The notes beneath the pieces are model-generated. The model saw nothing but the letters and a program-made list of their open reading frames with translations, was not told the origin of the DNA and ran no database searches. A DNA stretch of 63,878 bases, filler included, from Octopus bimaculoides (Eukaryota): NCBI RefSeq assembly GCF_001194135.2. It is 5 parts of 5 records of this genome, joined end to end, with 100 filler letters (N's around TTAATTAATTAA, not from the genome) between each part and the next. Parts side by side here need not be neighbours in the genome. Positions count along the whole stretch, not along the records: positions 62,844 to 63,878 come from NC_068987.1; 4 more parts are not named here. One strand, given 5' to 3'. Below are positions 63,525-63,878 of the stretch, piece after piece. Each line of letters begins with the position of its first letter. Position 1 is the stretch's first letter. Made by a program: the position numbers and the translations under genes.

Positions 63525-63665
63525 AATCTTGCTTTGCAACCACGTCGCTTTTGAGTCAGTCCCACGGCGTGACACTTTGGGTGAGTGTCTTCACGTATTC
63601 ACCGGACCGATTAATTCTTTATAAGTGAATCTGGTAGACAGAAACTTTGTGGAATCCAATCGTGC
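63525..63665 (+). mobile_element. SINE family B head, old copy
   Basis: GAGTCAGTCCCACGGCGTGACACTTTGGGTGAGTGTCTTC..AAGTGAATCTGGTAGACAGAAACT. Confidence 0.65.
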
Positions 63666-63878
63666 GTGCGTGCATACACATCTTTTCCTTCCTTGGCTTT
63701 CGCCAAGTAACACACGCCACCACTTTGTCTCTCTCGGTTCCGTGCCTCATCGCGTTCATACACACATAATTTTTCTCGTCTGGCCGTAAAGCCTTCTGTT
63801 TGTTTTCCTGTCTTGTTTTTTGTCCGCCACTACATTCCTCCATGGCTAGATTTAATTTGCGTATACAGATTTAATCTG

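Overview
Eukaryotic, repeat-dense, gap-rich non-coding DNA, very probably from an octopus (coleoid cephalopod) short-read assembly. That assignment is inferred from the AT richness, the extreme microsatellite load and the tRNA-derived SINE families. No intact host protein-coding gene can be supported; almost all ORFs in the track are microsatellite or N-gap artefacts. The window holds dozens of copies of at least four tRNA-SINE families and decayed fragments of CR1/L2-like, RTE, R4/Dong-like and Penelope-like retroelements. It also holds a Gypsy integrase with its 3' end, mariner and DD37D-type Tc1/mariner relics, several MITEs and a Helitron-like 3' end. The most notable structure is at 33.1-35.5 kb: a (TAA)n-flanked Dong-like non-LTR RT joined in frame to a Gypsy integrase, followed by a PPT and a ~308-bp LTR-position sequence that is one giant palindrome. 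Other highlights are a minimal hammerhead-ribozyme-like motif in a Penelope-type repeat, a five-copy microsatellite-linked element with a compensatory-mutated stem, nested inverted SINEs, and one candidate hydrophobic exon at 1.8 kb. Family names come from recalled motif similarity, not database searches, and boundaries are approximate unless TSDs or TIRs are given.
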